Notes: generated by a model not told the origin, from the sequence alone. A stretch of 64,000 nt of DNA from an uncultured Bacillota bacterium (GCA_945867665.1 CAMBIR010000003.1:18757-82756), one strand, 5' to 3'. Positions 51,877 through 62,679 are shown, counted from the first letter of the stretch. Numbers and translations are program-made.

Positions 51877-52184
51877 TACTTCCTTCTTTCTGCCTTCCTA
51901 TTTTACCAAAAACAGAATATTTTATCAAGTTACTAAAAGACACTTTTTATAACTTTCACCCCCTAATTATCATAACAGTAAACCAAAAAAGAAAAATTCT
52001 CCAAAATGTAGCCTATTTGGTTACATTTTTTTTAAAATTTTGTGGTACAATGAAGAAGAGGAAACAAACTTACCATTAGGAAAAATAATTACTCCTAAAT
52101 TGCTTCCTCAACTGTCCAATCAGGACAAAATAAAATTACACCTAATCAAAGATTCCTTCCCAGCATCTTGATAGGTGTATTTTT

Positions 52185-52874
52185 TTATATTTTAATAATC
52201 GTTTGTAATTTTTTAATCACTTTCTTTTCAATTCTAGAAATATAAGATTGACTAATCCCCAGTAAATTTGCTACCTCTTTTTGCGTCAATTCTCTCTTTC
52301 CATTCAGTCCATAGCGGTACTCAATAATCTCTTTATCTCTTCCCTCTAACTTAGATACTTCTTGATACAAAAGCTGTCGATCTAAAGCATCCTCCAATCC
52401 CTTCGTAACAACATTCGCCTCCGTTCCTAAAACATCCTCTAAATGAAGTTCATTCCCATCAGCATCAAAACTAAGACTATCTTCAAAACTAATCTCCCCC
52501 CTCTTTCTTTTTGTCTTTCTTAAATACATCAAAATTTCATTATCAATACACCTCGAAGCATAAGTTGCTAATTTAATATTTTTATCTATCCGATAAGTAT
52601 TTACCCCCTTAATTAAACCAATCGTTCCAATAGATACCAAATCTTCTAAATCAACCTTTGTATTCTCATATTTCTTTGCCAAAAAAACAACCAATCTTAA
52701 ATTATGTTCAATCAACTTGTTTCTTGCTAATTTATCCCCATTGATTGATTTCTCTACATAAATTTTCTCTTCTTCTTTGGATAAAGGCGGTGGCAAAATA
52801 TCTGTACTTCCCAAATAAAATACTGGATTATATCTTTTTAATATCCGCCTTAACAACATTAAAATTCTCTTCAT
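52185..52874 (-). CDS. sigE: Sporulation sigma factor sigma-E precursor (pro-sigma-E)
   Basis: 'VFYLGSTDILPPPLSKEEE' pro-sequence/region 2 junction and 'IGTIGLIKGVNTY…KLATYASRCIDNEILMYLR'. Directly downstream of spoIIGA. The start is taken at the Met with the best RBS spacing. Confidence 0.85.
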   Translation of the reverse strand: MKRILMLLRRILKRYNPVFYLGSTDILPPPLSKEEEKIYVEKSINGDKLARNKLIEHNLRLVVFLAKKYENTKVDLEDLVSIGTIGLIKGVNTYRIDKNIKLATYASRCIDNEILMYLRKTKRKRGEISFEDSLSFDADGNELHLEDVLGTEANVVTKGLEDALDRQLLYQEVSKLEGRDKEIIEYRYGLNGKRELTQKEVANLLGISQSYISRIEKKVIKKLQTIIKI

Positions 52875-52914
52875 TCCATTCATCCTTTCTAAAGAAAAAT
52901 AATAATAAGTATTT

Positions 52915-53739
52915 TTATAAAACATTTAAATGCTCTAACAAATTTCCTCCCATAATACAATCCACTCCATCTAATCTAATTTTCTCCTCCGTAATTCCAA
53001 GTAGAAAGTTTTTACGAAAGCCAACACCCTGAATAAAAATTTTATCTGGAATAATACATTTCAAAAGCCCATGATAATTTAGCGCATCATAAGGAACCAA
53101 CACCATCGGATTTTTCTCATCATCCACTTCAATCCGTCCCTTATTGATTAAAATAATAGGCCTTCTCTTATAAGGGTCAACTAAATGATTTCCTGTATCT
53201 AAAAATGCCGTAGCCTCTATCACCTCCCCACTTCGAAGATAAATATTAACCAAGTAATAATGATGATAATGATTTTTTAAATGTAATCCCTGTTTAACAT
53301 AACAATATAAAATAATAGGGCCAAAAATAATCAAAGCCACCACATTAACCGACAACCCCTTAAAATAAAATACTAATCCTTCATTTTGATAACTAAACTG
53401 TAAATTCAAAAAATAAAGAAATCCTCCCAGCAAAATAGAAGACGTATATAAATAAAATAAATTCCGGAAAAAAGCCCTTTTAGAAGAAAATCCAAACGCA
53501 ATAAGCACCATCAAAATAGAAATCAGTATTTTAAGAAAAAAAATAGCTACACTATCCATCTCAATAAACATAGAAAATATCGTAATACTTCCCACTAAAG
53601 CACCCAAAACCAAATGTTTTAAGTCCGTCTGTCTTCTAAGAAGCACAGCAACAGAGAATAATAAAAGTAAATCAAAGAAAAAGTTTAAAAGCAAAACCAA
53701 GTCAATATATATCTTCATTAAAATCACCAAAATTATCAT
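52915..53739 (-). CDS. spoIIGA: Sigma-E processing peptidase SpoIIGA
   Basis: Five N-terminal TMs plus the C-terminal aspartic-protease motif 'FLDTGNHLVDP'. Confidence 0.75.
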   Translation of the reverse strand: MIILVILMKIYIDLVLLLNFFFDLLLLFSVAVLLRRQTDLKHLVLGALVGSITIFSMFIEMDSVAIFFLKILISILMVLIAFGFSSKRAFFRNLFYLYTSSILLGGFLYFLNLQFSYQNEGLVFYFKGLSVNVVALIIFGPIILYCYVKQGLHLKNHYHHYYLVNIYLRSGEVIEATAFLDTGNHLVDPYKRRPIILINKGRIEVDDEKNPMVLVPYDALNYHGLLKCIIPDKIFIQGVGFRKNFLLGITEEKIRLDGVDCIMGGNLLEHLNVL

Positions 53740-53782
53740 ACAAAAAAGAAACGAAATAATATGTCAAATTATTTCGTTTTTC

Positions 53783-54235
53783 TTAAATTTCTTCTTTTTC
53801 ACGACCGCTCTGTGCCAACTGTTCCTTTTTTTCCATCATATAACTAGTAATAACTGTCTCAATTTCAGGTAAAGCATTAGGGTCAATATTAGATAAATAA
53901 ACTTTTTCTTTAATCGTATCGATAACTAAATTTCCAAAAATAAGTCCCTTTCGAACCGTTAAGTCATTAAACATATCTGGAGTAATCGTTACAAAGAAAT
54001 ACCCCCATAAAACTCTTTTTGTCGCTATCATAATTCTCTTATTCGTCAAAGCAATAACATTCGTATAAAAAAATGCAAACACATTAAGATTTTTCTGAGC
54101 AGGAAAAGCATATAATATTTCCTCATCAGGATTTAAATGCTTTTCAATAATTTCACAATGTTTAGATAACCGAAAAGCAATAGTAAGAGGATATTTTCTT
54201 TTAAAAGAAGATACCATCTCATAACACTTACCCAT
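53783..54235 (-). CDS. Hypothetical protein (bacterial PH-like)
   Basis: 150 aa ORF. Confidence 0.35.
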   Translation of the reverse strand: MGKCYEMVSSFKRKYPLTIAFRLSKHCEIIEKHLNPDEEILYAFPAQKNLNVFAFFYTNVIALTNKRIMIATKRVLWGYFFVTITPDMFNDLTVRKGLIFGNLVIDTIKEKVYLSNIDPNALPEIETVITSYMMEKKEQLAQSGREKEEI

Positions 54236-54245
54236 ATCTATTCTC

Positions 54246-55067
54246 CTATTCTTCTTTCATATCAAAGTATTTTTGATATAAATCTTCTAGTTTATCTGCC
54301 GTCGTTTCTCCTTCAATATAATCAACTGCCTCACGACCTGCTAACACTATAGTAGTAGGAGTTCCCCAATTTTCCTTACTCTTCTTTAAGAAGGTATTCG
54401 ATGATTCAAAACCACTCCATTCCTCTTCAGTAAAAGTATCGGTATCAACATAATACATAGCTACCCCCTTCTCTGTCGCAAACTCTTTAGCAACTGGCAA
54501 GAAATTAGCACAATGAGAACAACTTTCTCGAGACAAAATAACGACAAACGATTCATTATTATCAATTTTTTTCTGATATTCACTATAAGATAATAACTGT
54601 AACCCCTTATCTCCTGCTAAAGTAAGAGGAAGCTGATAAGATACCTCTTCCTTACCCCCATTCATAAGTAAACATCCCAACAAAATCACAATAAGTAATC
54701 CAACAAACAAAAGTAAGTCCGACATTTTTATCTTTCTCTTTTTCTCCTTATTATCTTCTATAGTAACTCCTTCTTCAAAATCTTTTAAATCAGCATCATT
54801 TAAAGAAGTATCCTCTAGAATTTCTTCATTCTCTAAAACATCTTTTTTTTCCTCAGACAAATTCTCTTTTTTCTTACTAGAACTTATCTTATTCATATTC
54901 TCCTCTTTTTTTGTAGTACTCTTCTTTGAAGTACCAGTTTTAGAAGATGACGACGTCGCTTTCTTAGAAGCAGTTGTCTTATTTACTTTTTTTTCATTTT
55001 CTTCCTTTTTCATCACTAATCTTCCTTTCATAATAGTTATTTTACTATTTTTTCCACAAATTTGCAA
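54246..55067 (-). CDS. Membrane-anchored thioredoxin-fold protein (thiol-disulfide oxidoreductase-like)
   Basis: Lys/Ser/Thr-rich N-terminal region, TM 'LLLFVGLLIVILLGCLL', and CxxC 'SCSHC'. Confidence 0.5.
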   Translation of the reverse strand: MQICGKNSKITIMKGRLVMKKEENEKKVNKTTASKKATSSSSKTGTSKKSTTKKEENMNKISSSKKKENLSEEKKDVLENEEILEDTSLNDADLKDFEEGVTIEDNKEKKRKIKMSDLLLFVGLLIVILLGCLLMNGGKEEVSYQLPLTLAGDKGLQLLSYSEYQKKIDNNESFVVILSRESCSHCANFLPVAKEFATEKGVAMYYVDTDTFTEEEWSGFESSNTFLKKSKENWGTPTTIVLAGREAVDYIEGETTADKLEDLYQKYFDMKEE

Positions 55068-55130
55068 TTCTTTTATTCATTTTTCCAGTAGTTTAGTAAA
55101 ATACTGATAATGACTTTTTTCTTAGTTTAA

Positions 55131-55175
55131 GGCACAAAAAAACTACCCGTCAGAGTAGCAACATATTGTAGCAAC
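55131..55175 (-). terminator. Terminator-like hairpin; duplicate of the element at 56051..56092
   Basis: 'aaaaactacccgtcagagtagcaacatat…ttcttcat' is near-identical to the sequence 3' of tRNA-Pro. On the minus strand it reads hairpin then T-run. Confidence 0.45.
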
Positions 55176-55361
55176 ATATTTCTTCATAGATAAAAAATAA
55201 AAACATCGACAAAGCATTTATAATTCGTAATGTACTAAAGATAGTATTTTTTTGTAGTTAACTACTACTTATTTCTATATAAAATGCACAAAATTATTAA
55301 AATAGATAAAATTACTAATAATAAGCAAAAAGATAAGCTAAAAATAATTAGCCATCTTACT

Positions 55362-55970
55362 TTACTTACTTCTACCTTTATTTTCTTGCACCATTGAAAG
55401 AATAGAATCTTTACCGCTTAAAATTCTTAATAAATTTGCATTATCAGTATACTTTAAATTTTCAATTGGAACAAAAAAATCTTTAAAATTTATACAATAT
55501 AATCCATTTTTTGTAGCTACATCTCCTTTATTTTTCTTTTGGATAATATTTGTTTGATATTCTTCATATCCAGGATATAATGATTTTTCAGAATAACCAT
55601 CACCTATTTTTAACTGGTATCCTTCGGAAATTAATTGTTGAATAAACTCTGAACTTCTTATCAAATCATCAAGGTTAACATCTTTATCAATTAGTGTTAT
55701 TAATGCTCCATCTTTTCCAATAATCATATCATTATCGATACTTACTCTAAATCCCCACGAATTCAAATTTCTTACATTTTCTATAAGTTCTCTTTTGGTG
55801 GGTTGTCTATGCCTTAATCTTCTTTTATCAACTAGCGAAGACACACCACAAGTCTTAATAAATTCGCCAGTTTCAGTAACATATCCACTTGATGACACAT
55901 GTTTATAAAAATAACTTACTTGATAATCAATAGCAGATTTAAAATATTGACCATACCTATTTCTTTCCAT
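55362..55970 (-). CDS. Hypothetical protein
   Basis: 202 aa ORF flanked by the duplicated terminator module. Confidence 0.4.
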   Translation of the reverse strand: MERNRYGQYFKSAIDYQVSYFYKHVSSSGYVTETGEFIKTCGVSSLVDKRRLRHRQPTKRELIENVRNLNSWGFRVSIDNDMIIGKDGALITLIDKDVNLDDLIRSSEFIQQLISEGYQLKIGDGYSEKSLYPGYEEYQTNIIQKKNKGDVATKNGLYCINFKDFFVPIENLKYTDNANLLRILSGKDSILSMVQENKGRSK

Positions 55971-56050
55971 TTTTCCTCCTCCTAACTTATAATAAAATTA
56001 AACTTCATAGCCCTATTATAACATACACCAAACTTTGCTTACAACAAAAT

Positions 56051-56092
56051 TCAAAAAAAACTACCCATCAGAGTAGTAACATATTTCTTCAT
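56051..56092 (-). terminator. Rho-independent terminator downstream of tRNA-Ala/tRNA-Pro
   Basis: Minus strand 'ctactctgatgggtag' hairpin followed by 'tttttttt'. Confidence 0.55.
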
Positions 56093-56169
56093 GGTCGGGA
56101 AGACAGGATTTGAACCTGCGACCTCTACGTCCCAAGCGTAGCGCTCTACCAAGCTAAGCTACTTCCCGA
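56093..56169 (-). tRNA. tRNA-Pro (anticodon TGG)
   Basis: The reverse complement folds as GGGAAGT…, anticodon loop CTTGGGA, T-loop GGTTCAAATCC, CCA encoded. Confidence 0.8.
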
Positions 56170-56177
56170 AAAAAATA

Positions 56178-56254
56178 TGGTGGAGAATAAGGGATTCGAA
56201 CCCTTGACCCCCTGCGTGCAAGGCAGATGCTCTAGCCAGCTGAGCTAATTCCCC
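56178..56254 (-). tRNA. tRNA-Ala (anticodon TGC)
   Basis: The reverse complement reads GGGGAATTAGCTCAGCTGG…CTTGCAC…GGTTCGAATCC…ACCA. It has a G3:U70 pair, as expected for tRNA-Ala. Confidence 0.8.
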
Positions 56255-56385
56255 ATCAACAAGATAAATTATACCAACTAGAATGGATAGTGTCAACACT
56301 TTTTTGGAAATTTTAAGAAAAAATTAACATTCTCTTGTCTAGATAGGCGGAATATGCTATAATGTATGCGAACAGGAGGAATATA

Positions 56386-56601
56386 ATGGAAATTGCATTA
56401 TTGATTATTTCAGTATTGTTAATTATAATTGTCTTACTACAAAGTGGAAAAGCAGAATCTGCTGGTCAAATCATTCAAGGTGGTAATTCTGAATTATTTG
56501 CAAACAGAAAAGAAAGAGGCCTTGAACTATTCGTAAGCAGATTAACCTTCGTTTTAGGTTTTGCCTTCTTTGCTTTATCCCTATTTATTTCATTAAAATA
56601 A
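56386..56601 (+). CDS. secG: Preprotein translocase subunit SecG
   Basis: 'MEIALLIISVLLIIIVLLQSGK' SecG N-terminus. RBS 'ggagga'. The ORF track start of 56362 is probably too early. Confidence 0.8.
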   Translation: MEIALLIISVLLIIIVLLQSGKAESAGQIIQGGNSELFANRKERGLELFVSRLTFVLGFAFFALSLFISLK

Positions 56602-56778
56602 AATAGCGCTCTCTAAAAAAGAAAGAGAGTCTTTTATTTTATCTATTTTCCCTTTTTCTAATAAGAAAAATAATTTTTAAGTATTTTAACGCATAAAACC
56701 AAAGAGTTTTTTTCAAATTTATAACAACATTCTAAATCAAAACATATAATAAATTGAACAAACAAGGAGGGAATAAGA

Positions 56779-57048
56779 TTGGATAACAGAGATATGTATT
56801 ACAATAGTTATGGTTATAGTGGCATCTTACCAAACATGCCAGGAGGATTTATGAATCAAGTTCCAGGCCCCATGATACCCCAAAATAACAATAACTACTC
56901 CATTAACCAATGGAATGATATAAATGAAAGAATCAGTCGCTTAGAAAGACAAGTCAAAAGACTAGACCAACGCCTAACAAGAATAGAAACCCCATATGCG
57001 AATCAAAACTATAACAACGAACCAGACAACAATATGTATATGATGTAA
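56779..57048 (+). CDS. Hypothetical small protein (Asn/Tyr-rich ends, central coiled coil)
   Basis: 89 aa with a TTG start after 'aaggaggg'. Confidence 0.35.
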   Translation: MDNRDMYYNSYGYSGILPNMPGGFMNQVPGPMIPQNNNNYSINQWNDINERISRLERQVKRLDQRLTRIETPYANQNYNNEPDNNMYMM

Positions 57049-57071
57049 ACAATCCCTTACGGGATGTTTTT

Positions 57072-59654
57072 TTATACCCCCATCTTCATTCTCGTTCTTC
57101 GAAAGAAAAGTTTTCGAATCATATCTACTGGAATAACAGTTACAGCAAAGATAAGCATAACCATAAACTCTTTCAAGGTTAATCCTGAAGTCCGAAATAA
57201 ACTCCCCCCACAATAAATCATCACAATCTGTACCAAAATAACAAATAAAGTAACAACAATAAACATTTTATTTTTAAAAATATTAGAAAGTATATTCAAC
57301 CTTACCGTCCTAGCAGAAAAACTATTAAAAATACTCATAAAGATAAACAAACCAAAGAAAGCAGTCAACAAATAACGATTATCTGGACTATAGCGAAATA
57401 AATTTTTAACAAAATCGACTTTCAAAAAAACTAAACAAACCAAAGAAGAATAAACCCCCGTAATGATAATTTCATTTAACATATAAGAATTAATAATACC
57501 TTCTCGTCTCTTCTTTGGTTTTTCCTTCATATAATCAAGAATTGGCGGCTCAAAAGAAAACGCAAGTCCTGCTAAAGTATCCATCACCATATTAATCCAT
57601 AACATCTGAATGACGGTAACAGGAGCTCCTATTCCAATAAAAGGACCAATAATTGAAATACTAACAGCGCAAAGATTAACCGTTAATTGGAAAATAATAA
57701 ACTTACGAATACTTTTAAAAATCGTCCTTCCATAAAGAATCGAAGACGCTATTGAAGCAATATTATCATTAAGAATCACAATATCCGCAGCCTCTTTTGC
57801 TACTTCTGTTCCACTTCCCATTGCAAAACCAACATCTGCCTTTTTTAAAGCCAAAGCATCATTAACCCCATCCCCCGTCATTCCTACAACCAAATCTAGA
57901 GATTTTGCAATATCCACCAATCTACTCTTATCACTTGGCATCGCCCGATACAAAACCGATAAACGAGGAATGATTTTCGCAACCTCTTCATCACTCATTT
58001 TAGATAACTCCAAACTACTAAGCACGACGCCATCATATTCCAAAATACCAGATTCTTTTGCAATAGAAAGGGCGGTTCCTTGATTATCTCCTGTAATCAT
58101 TACCGTCTGAACTCCGGCACCTTGGATTAAAGCAATCCCCTGATGAGCTTCCTGTCTAATATCATCTCTTATCATCAAAAAGCCAATCAAAACCAAATCT
58201 TCTAAATCAGCCTTCTCCCCTTCTCCGTAACAAACAGCCAAAACCCGATTTCCCATCTCTGTTATTTCTTTTAATTTTTTCTCTATCCCCTCCTTATGTA
58301 AAAATAACTTCTTAAACCCCTCATCATCCAAATAACGTGATATTTTAGGAATCAATACCTCCGGTGCTCCCTTAACGTAGCGATATTTCTTTCCTTCATC
58401 TAAAACAAGAGAACAAGAATACTTATAATCACTAGAAAAACGCGTTTGTCTTAAAATCTTTCCTCCATCAAGAGATGATATTTTTAAATAATTCATAATA
58501 GCCCTATCCGTAATATTTCCCCCAATAGAAGTTTCCGTTTCCTTATCATAAACACTTTCATTATTATAAAAAAGACTATGCACAAAATATTTTTGATACC
58601 TAGATTCAAATTGATGATTCTGCCCTAAAAAATGCCCGTTACCTAACATCACACCAACAACCTCTAAACATCCCTTTGTAATTGTCCCAGTCTTATCCGT
58701 AAATAATAAATTTAAACTTCCAGCAGTCTCTATTCCTACCAATTTTCTAACCAAAACATGACTTTTCAGCATACGCTTCATATTTGAAGATAAAACCAAA
58801 TTAACAAGAAGCGGCAACCCTTCTGGCACGCTAACAACAATAACCGTAACACTAAGAGTAAGAGCATGCAAAAGATAAGCAAAAACAAGAGAAAAATTAC
58901 TTAATGTTGCCATAATTTTACCAAATTGAAAACCATTAGCAATCACAATTTTACTAAATAAATAACTTACACTCACCAAAAAAGCCCCAAAATAACCTAA
59001 TTTACTAATAGAAATAGCCAAAGCATTTAATCTTTCTTTTAATGGCGAAGTTCCACTATTTTCTCCTAATTCTTCAACCATTCTCCCATAATAAGTATTA
59101 TTTCCCACCTTATCTACCCGAATTAAAGCATATCCTTCTAAAACAACACATCCCCGATAAACAACTGCTCCCTTACCTTTAGAAACACTAGCCGCTTCCC
59201 CACTAATCATGGACTCATCAATTTCTAAACTTCCCTTAACAATAACACCATCTGCGCCAACCTTATCCCCCAATTCTAAACAAAGAATATCCCCCACAAC
59301 AACTTCATTTGCATAAACTTCCTGTACTCTTCCTTCTCGCATCACCCGACACTTCATCCTAGAAGCATCCTTCATCATTCGGTCAAACGCCTTAGAAGAA
59401 CCATATTCACTAATCGTTGAAATAAGAGAAGCCAAAATAATTGCAATAACAATTCCTATAGTTTCATACCAATCAAAATCTTGAAACAAAAATAAAGTCT
59501 TAATCGCTAAAGCAATCAGCAAAATCTTAATGATTGGATCTCCCAAACTTTCAAGAAAAAGACTAAAAAAACTATCTTTCTTCCCCATCGTAATTTCATT
59601 CGTTCCATATTTCTTTCTAGATTCAATTACCTCGTTCTTTGTAAGTCCATTCAT
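57072..59654 (-). CDS. Calcium-translocating P-type ATPase (P2A/PMCA-like)
   Basis: 'DKTGTIT' phosphorylation site, 'TGDN' and 'GDGVNDALAL' motifs, and 10 TM segments. Confidence 0.9.
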   Translation of the reverse strand: MNGLTKNEVIESRKKYGTNEITMGKKDSFFSLFLESLGDPIIKILLIALAIKTLFLFQDFDWYETIGIVIAIILASLISTISEYGSSKAFDRMMKDASRMKCRVMREGRVQEVYANEVVVGDILCLELGDKVGADGVIVKGSLEIDESMISGEAASVSKGKGAVVYRGCVVLEGYALIRVDKVGNNTYYGRMVEELGENSGTSPLKERLNALAISISKLGYFGAFLVSVSYLFSKIVIANGFQFGKIMATLSNFSLVFAYLLHALTLSVTVIVVSVPEGLPLLVNLVLSSNMKRMLKSHVLVRKLVGIETAGSLNLLFTDKTGTITKGCLEVVGVMLGNGHFLGQNHQFESRYQKYFVHSLFYNNESVYDKETETSIGGNITDRAIMNYLKISSLDGGKILRQTRFSSDYKYSCSLVLDEGKKYRYVKGAPEVLIPKISRYLDDEGFKKLFLHKEGIEKKLKEITEMGNRVLAVCYGEGEKADLEDLVLIGFLMIRDDIRQEAHQGIALIQGAGVQTVMITGDNQGTALSIAKESGILEYDGVVLSSLELSKMSDEEVAKIIPRLSVLYRAMPSDKSRLVDIAKSLDLVVGMTGDGVNDALALKKADVGFAMGSGTEVAKEAADIVILNDNIASIASSILYGRTIFKSIRKFIIFQLTVNLCAVSISIIGPFIGIGAPVTVIQMLWINMVMDTLAGLAFSFEPPILDYMKEKPKKRREGIINSYMLNEIIITGVYSSLVCLVFLKVDFVKNLFRYSPDNRYLLTAFFGLFIFMSIFNSFSARTVRLNILSNIFKNKMFIVVTLFVILVQIVMIYCGGSLFRTSGLTLKEFMVMLIFAVTVIPVDMIRKLFFRRTRMKMGV

Positions 59655-59786
59655 TTCGTATCACCTAATACATTTTATTAACTAAAAAAGAAAAAGAGAA
59701 GAAAGAAAAAAGAACAATATTAGACAAAAAAAAATACTTAACCTTACTTCTTACCTTACACAAAAGATAAAAATAAATGAAGTATT

Positions 59787-61433
59787 TTAATGCAAATATT
59801 TTTTCAATTTCCGATTAATCTTATTTCCAAACACAACCCGAATATTCCCATTCTTATAATTTAAATAAAAATAAATAAAGAAACTAACCACACCATAAAC
59901 CATTAAAATAGGGATCTGAATAAATCTTCCCTTTAAAGAAAATGGAATAAACAATTTCAGTATTCTAATTACCAAAATAAAGATTAACCATGAAACCAAA
60001 TACTTAGGTAACCGCTTTTTAGTATTATCAAATCGAAAATGATATTTATTTTTAAGAACCAAAAGAGAAACAAAAATAGATAACGTATAGCCAATTAAAG
60101 CCGCAGTAATCGCTCCATAACTAACATTAAATCCCATCTTATCAAAAAGAATCATCAAAGGAACATCCAAAATAGCATTAGTAACAAGCCCTATCATTAC
60201 AGTAGCGATCACTAACTTATACTTATTAATTCCCTGCAAAGTATTAACAATAATGGTATAAACACCTCCAAATAAAGCCGTATAAACAAAGTACTGATAA
60301 ACAATAGGCCCATAATAACTATTTCCATAAAATAAAGTCCATACTGGCTTTACCAAAAGAGATAAAAAAATCGTCATTGGAACAATCACTAACAACACAC
60401 ACTGAATTGCTTTATTAAACTTATCATTAACATCATGCATATCCCCCTTCGTAAAAGAAGTTACAATATTAGGAATCAAACTCGTAACAAGCCCTGTCGA
60501 AACAGCTAAAATAATATTATTTAACTTTATCCCCCAAGTAGTATAAACCCCAACAATAGCATCAACAACCGTATGATTCAACTTCAAAATATCATTCATT
60601 GTCCGAGACAACAAAATCATATCAACAGTTGTATAAAGATTATTTACCAAACTAATTAAAATAAAAGGAACAGAATACATCAGTATTTTTCGAATAATCT
60701 CTTTTGAAGAAATTACTACTTCATCCGCTTCTACTCTCTTAGGCAGCAACTTAGCCTGCTTTATCTTAACCTTCAAATAAAGATAAGCTGCTAATCCTCC
60801 AAAAAAAGCAGCAGACACAGCAATACCAACCCCAACCTTTAAAGGAAGATGAAATACCTTTAAAGAAACATAAGTCCCCACTAAAATAATAATAACCCGA
60901 ACTACCTGCTCAATAACCTGGCTAATTGAATAAGGCGTAATATACTTATACCCTTGCAATAACCCCTTCGTAACCCCCAAAAAAGGAACAACCAATATAG
61001 CAAAAGAAACCATTCGAATTACAAAACTAATATCAGAATAAGTATTTCCTTCCGTCGCACTACCAACAATCAACTTCCCTATCTGAGGTGCAAAAATAAA
61101 TAAAACAAGAAAAATAAGAAGTGAAATTACCGAAATCAATTTCAAAGAAATTCGATAAGTATTCGCAATTGCCTTCTTATACCCTAAAGCATTATACTCA
61201 CTCGTAATCTTACTAATCGCAAAGGGAAAACCAGCACTAGAAATACTTAAAAATAACTGATAAATAGTATAACCATACCCATATAAAGCACCACCCTGTT
61301 CCCCAATAATTGCATTAAGAGGAATAACATAAATAATACCAATTATCTTAACCAAAATAATACCTAAAGTAGCAACAATCGTCCCCTCAATAAAACTATT
61401 CTTCTTCATGAGTACACCCCACTTCTTTAGCAT
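59787..61433 (-). CDS. MOP-superfamily flippase (SpoVB / polysaccharide biosynthesis protein family)
   Basis: 548 aa with 14 TMs. 'GTIVATLGIILVKIIGIIYVIPL' is a SpoVB-like N-terminus. Confidence 0.6.
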   Translation of the reverse strand: MLKKWGVLMKKNSFIEGTIVATLGIILVKIIGIIYVIPLNAIIGEQGGALYGYGYTIYQLFLSISSAGFPFAISKITSEYNALGYKKAIANTYRISLKLISVISLLIFLVLFIFAPQIGKLIVGSATEGNTYSDISFVIRMVSFAILVVPFLGVTKGLLQGYKYITPYSISQVIEQVVRVIIILVGTYVSLKVFHLPLKVGVGIAVSAAFFGGLAAYLYLKVKIKQAKLLPKRVEADEVVISSKEIIRKILMYSVPFILISLVNNLYTTVDMILLSRTMNDILKLNHTVVDAIVGVYTTWGIKLNNIILAVSTGLVTSLIPNIVTSFTKGDMHDVNDKFNKAIQCVLLVIVPMTIFLSLLVKPVWTLFYGNSYYGPIVYQYFVYTALFGGVYTIIVNTLQGINKYKLVIATVMIGLVTNAILDVPLMILFDKMGFNVSYGAITAALIGYTLSIFVSLLVLKNKYHFRFDNTKKRLPKYLVSWLIFILVIRILKLFIPFSLKGRFIQIPILMVYGVVSFFIYFYLNYKNGNIRVVFGNKINRKLKKYLH

Positions 61434-61507
61434 TTTACTAACAAAATTATACTATGAATTCCATAATTTAGCAAGAACTTTAAAAAAGGCAAAAAAAGAA
61501 GAGGTAC

Positions 61508-61846
61508 TCATCCCTCCAAAGTACCACTCCCATTAAATTTACCACCTTTAACTTTAGCATAACCATGTTTTTTTTGAGAGATAACTCCCCCATTTCGATT
61601 TCCAACCATTTTAGCCTCTCTAAGCCATAACTGATTTTTTTCATAACAAGCTTCCGCCATTTTAGTATCTCCAAAAAGTTCCATAAGCATCTCTTTATTA
61701 TTCAAATATCGCTGAATAACACTCGTTGAAATATCTGTCTTCTTAGAAACTTCAGGAATATTACGACAACTATGAATAACATCTAAAATTACTCTTAATC
61801 GCATTAACATTTTTGCTCTTTGTTCATTTGAAACCATTATCTCCAC
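61508..61846 (-). CDS. Small HTH protein, possibly SpoIIID-like
   Basis: 112 aa. 'DISTSVIQRYLNN' is HTH-like and the C-terminus is basic. The call is weak. Confidence 0.3.
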   Translation of the reverse strand: MEIMVSNEQRAKMLMRLRVILDVIHSCRNIPEVSKKTDISTSVIQRYLNNKEMLMELFGDTKMAEACYEKNQLWLREAKMVGNRNGGVISQKKHGYAKVKGGKFNGSGTLEG

Positions 61847-62679
61847 CTGCCACTTCCATCATCCATAGCCTTAAACTCTTCTTCATCTAAAAATTCTTCT
61901 TTATCAGATTCTAAATGAGATAAATTATGTTTTCTAGTCTGATAACTATCATAAGAAACAGAATTTTTCTCCATAAACTGTTGATTATACTCTTCCTCAT
62001 ATTCCTCTATAGTACTTCTGCCACCCTTTGATACTTCTTTAGTATTTCTAACCTTAACACTTTTTCTTACTCTACTTGTTTGATTTTGAAACCGCTTTAA
62101 CTTATCCTGATTAACTATCCAAGAACGAAACGTCTTATATCGAGAAAACTCATTTTGAATAGTTTCATAATCTTTTTCTCTTTCAAAATCATTATCATAA
62201 GCATCTGACATATATCGACTAACCACCAAAGAAAACTGATTATCATATGGATAAACCTCCTTAAATTTAGCCATATCCTTACTTTTTAACATATAATCAA
62301 GTTTCAAAAACTCTTCTTTAAAAAGTGAACTATCCCGAAAAACAGCCAAAGTCCTCATCCTATGTCCAGATATAGCATAAGTAATTTCTTGCATATCCAA
62401 AATAGTTTCATTATACTTCTTATTAGAAATTATTGCTTTATAATAATCGGGAGTAGCATTCACATTCTTATATCGCTTAACAGAAACAGAACTCCTTGGA
62501 TCAATATCATAATACTTTTCCAAAATATGAATAATCTCTTGTAGGGAATGAGAAGAAGTAAACAAATCAATATCCCGTAAACTCTTTAGAGAATATTCTC
62601 CTAAATCATCAATTTGCACTTCATTAACAAAATTCTTTCCATCATAATAAGCAGCCACTAAATAATACTTTGACATCAA
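61837..62679 (-). CDS. Hypothetical protein
   Basis: 280 aa ORF. Confidence 0.4.
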   Translation of the reverse strand: MMSKYYLVAAYYDGKNFVNEVQIDDLGEYSLKSLRDIDLFTSSHSLQEIIHILEKYYDIDPRSSVSVKRYKNVNATPDYYKAIISNKKYNETILDMQEITYAISGHRMRTLAVFRDSSLFKEEFLKLDYMLKSKDMAKFKEVYPYDNQFSLVVSRYMSDAYDNDFEREKDYETIQNEFSRYKTFRSWIVNQDKLKRFQNQTSRVRKSVKVRNTKEVSKGGRSTIEEYEEEYNQQFMEKNSVSYDSYQTRKHNLSHLESDKEEFLDEEEFKAMDDGSGRWR

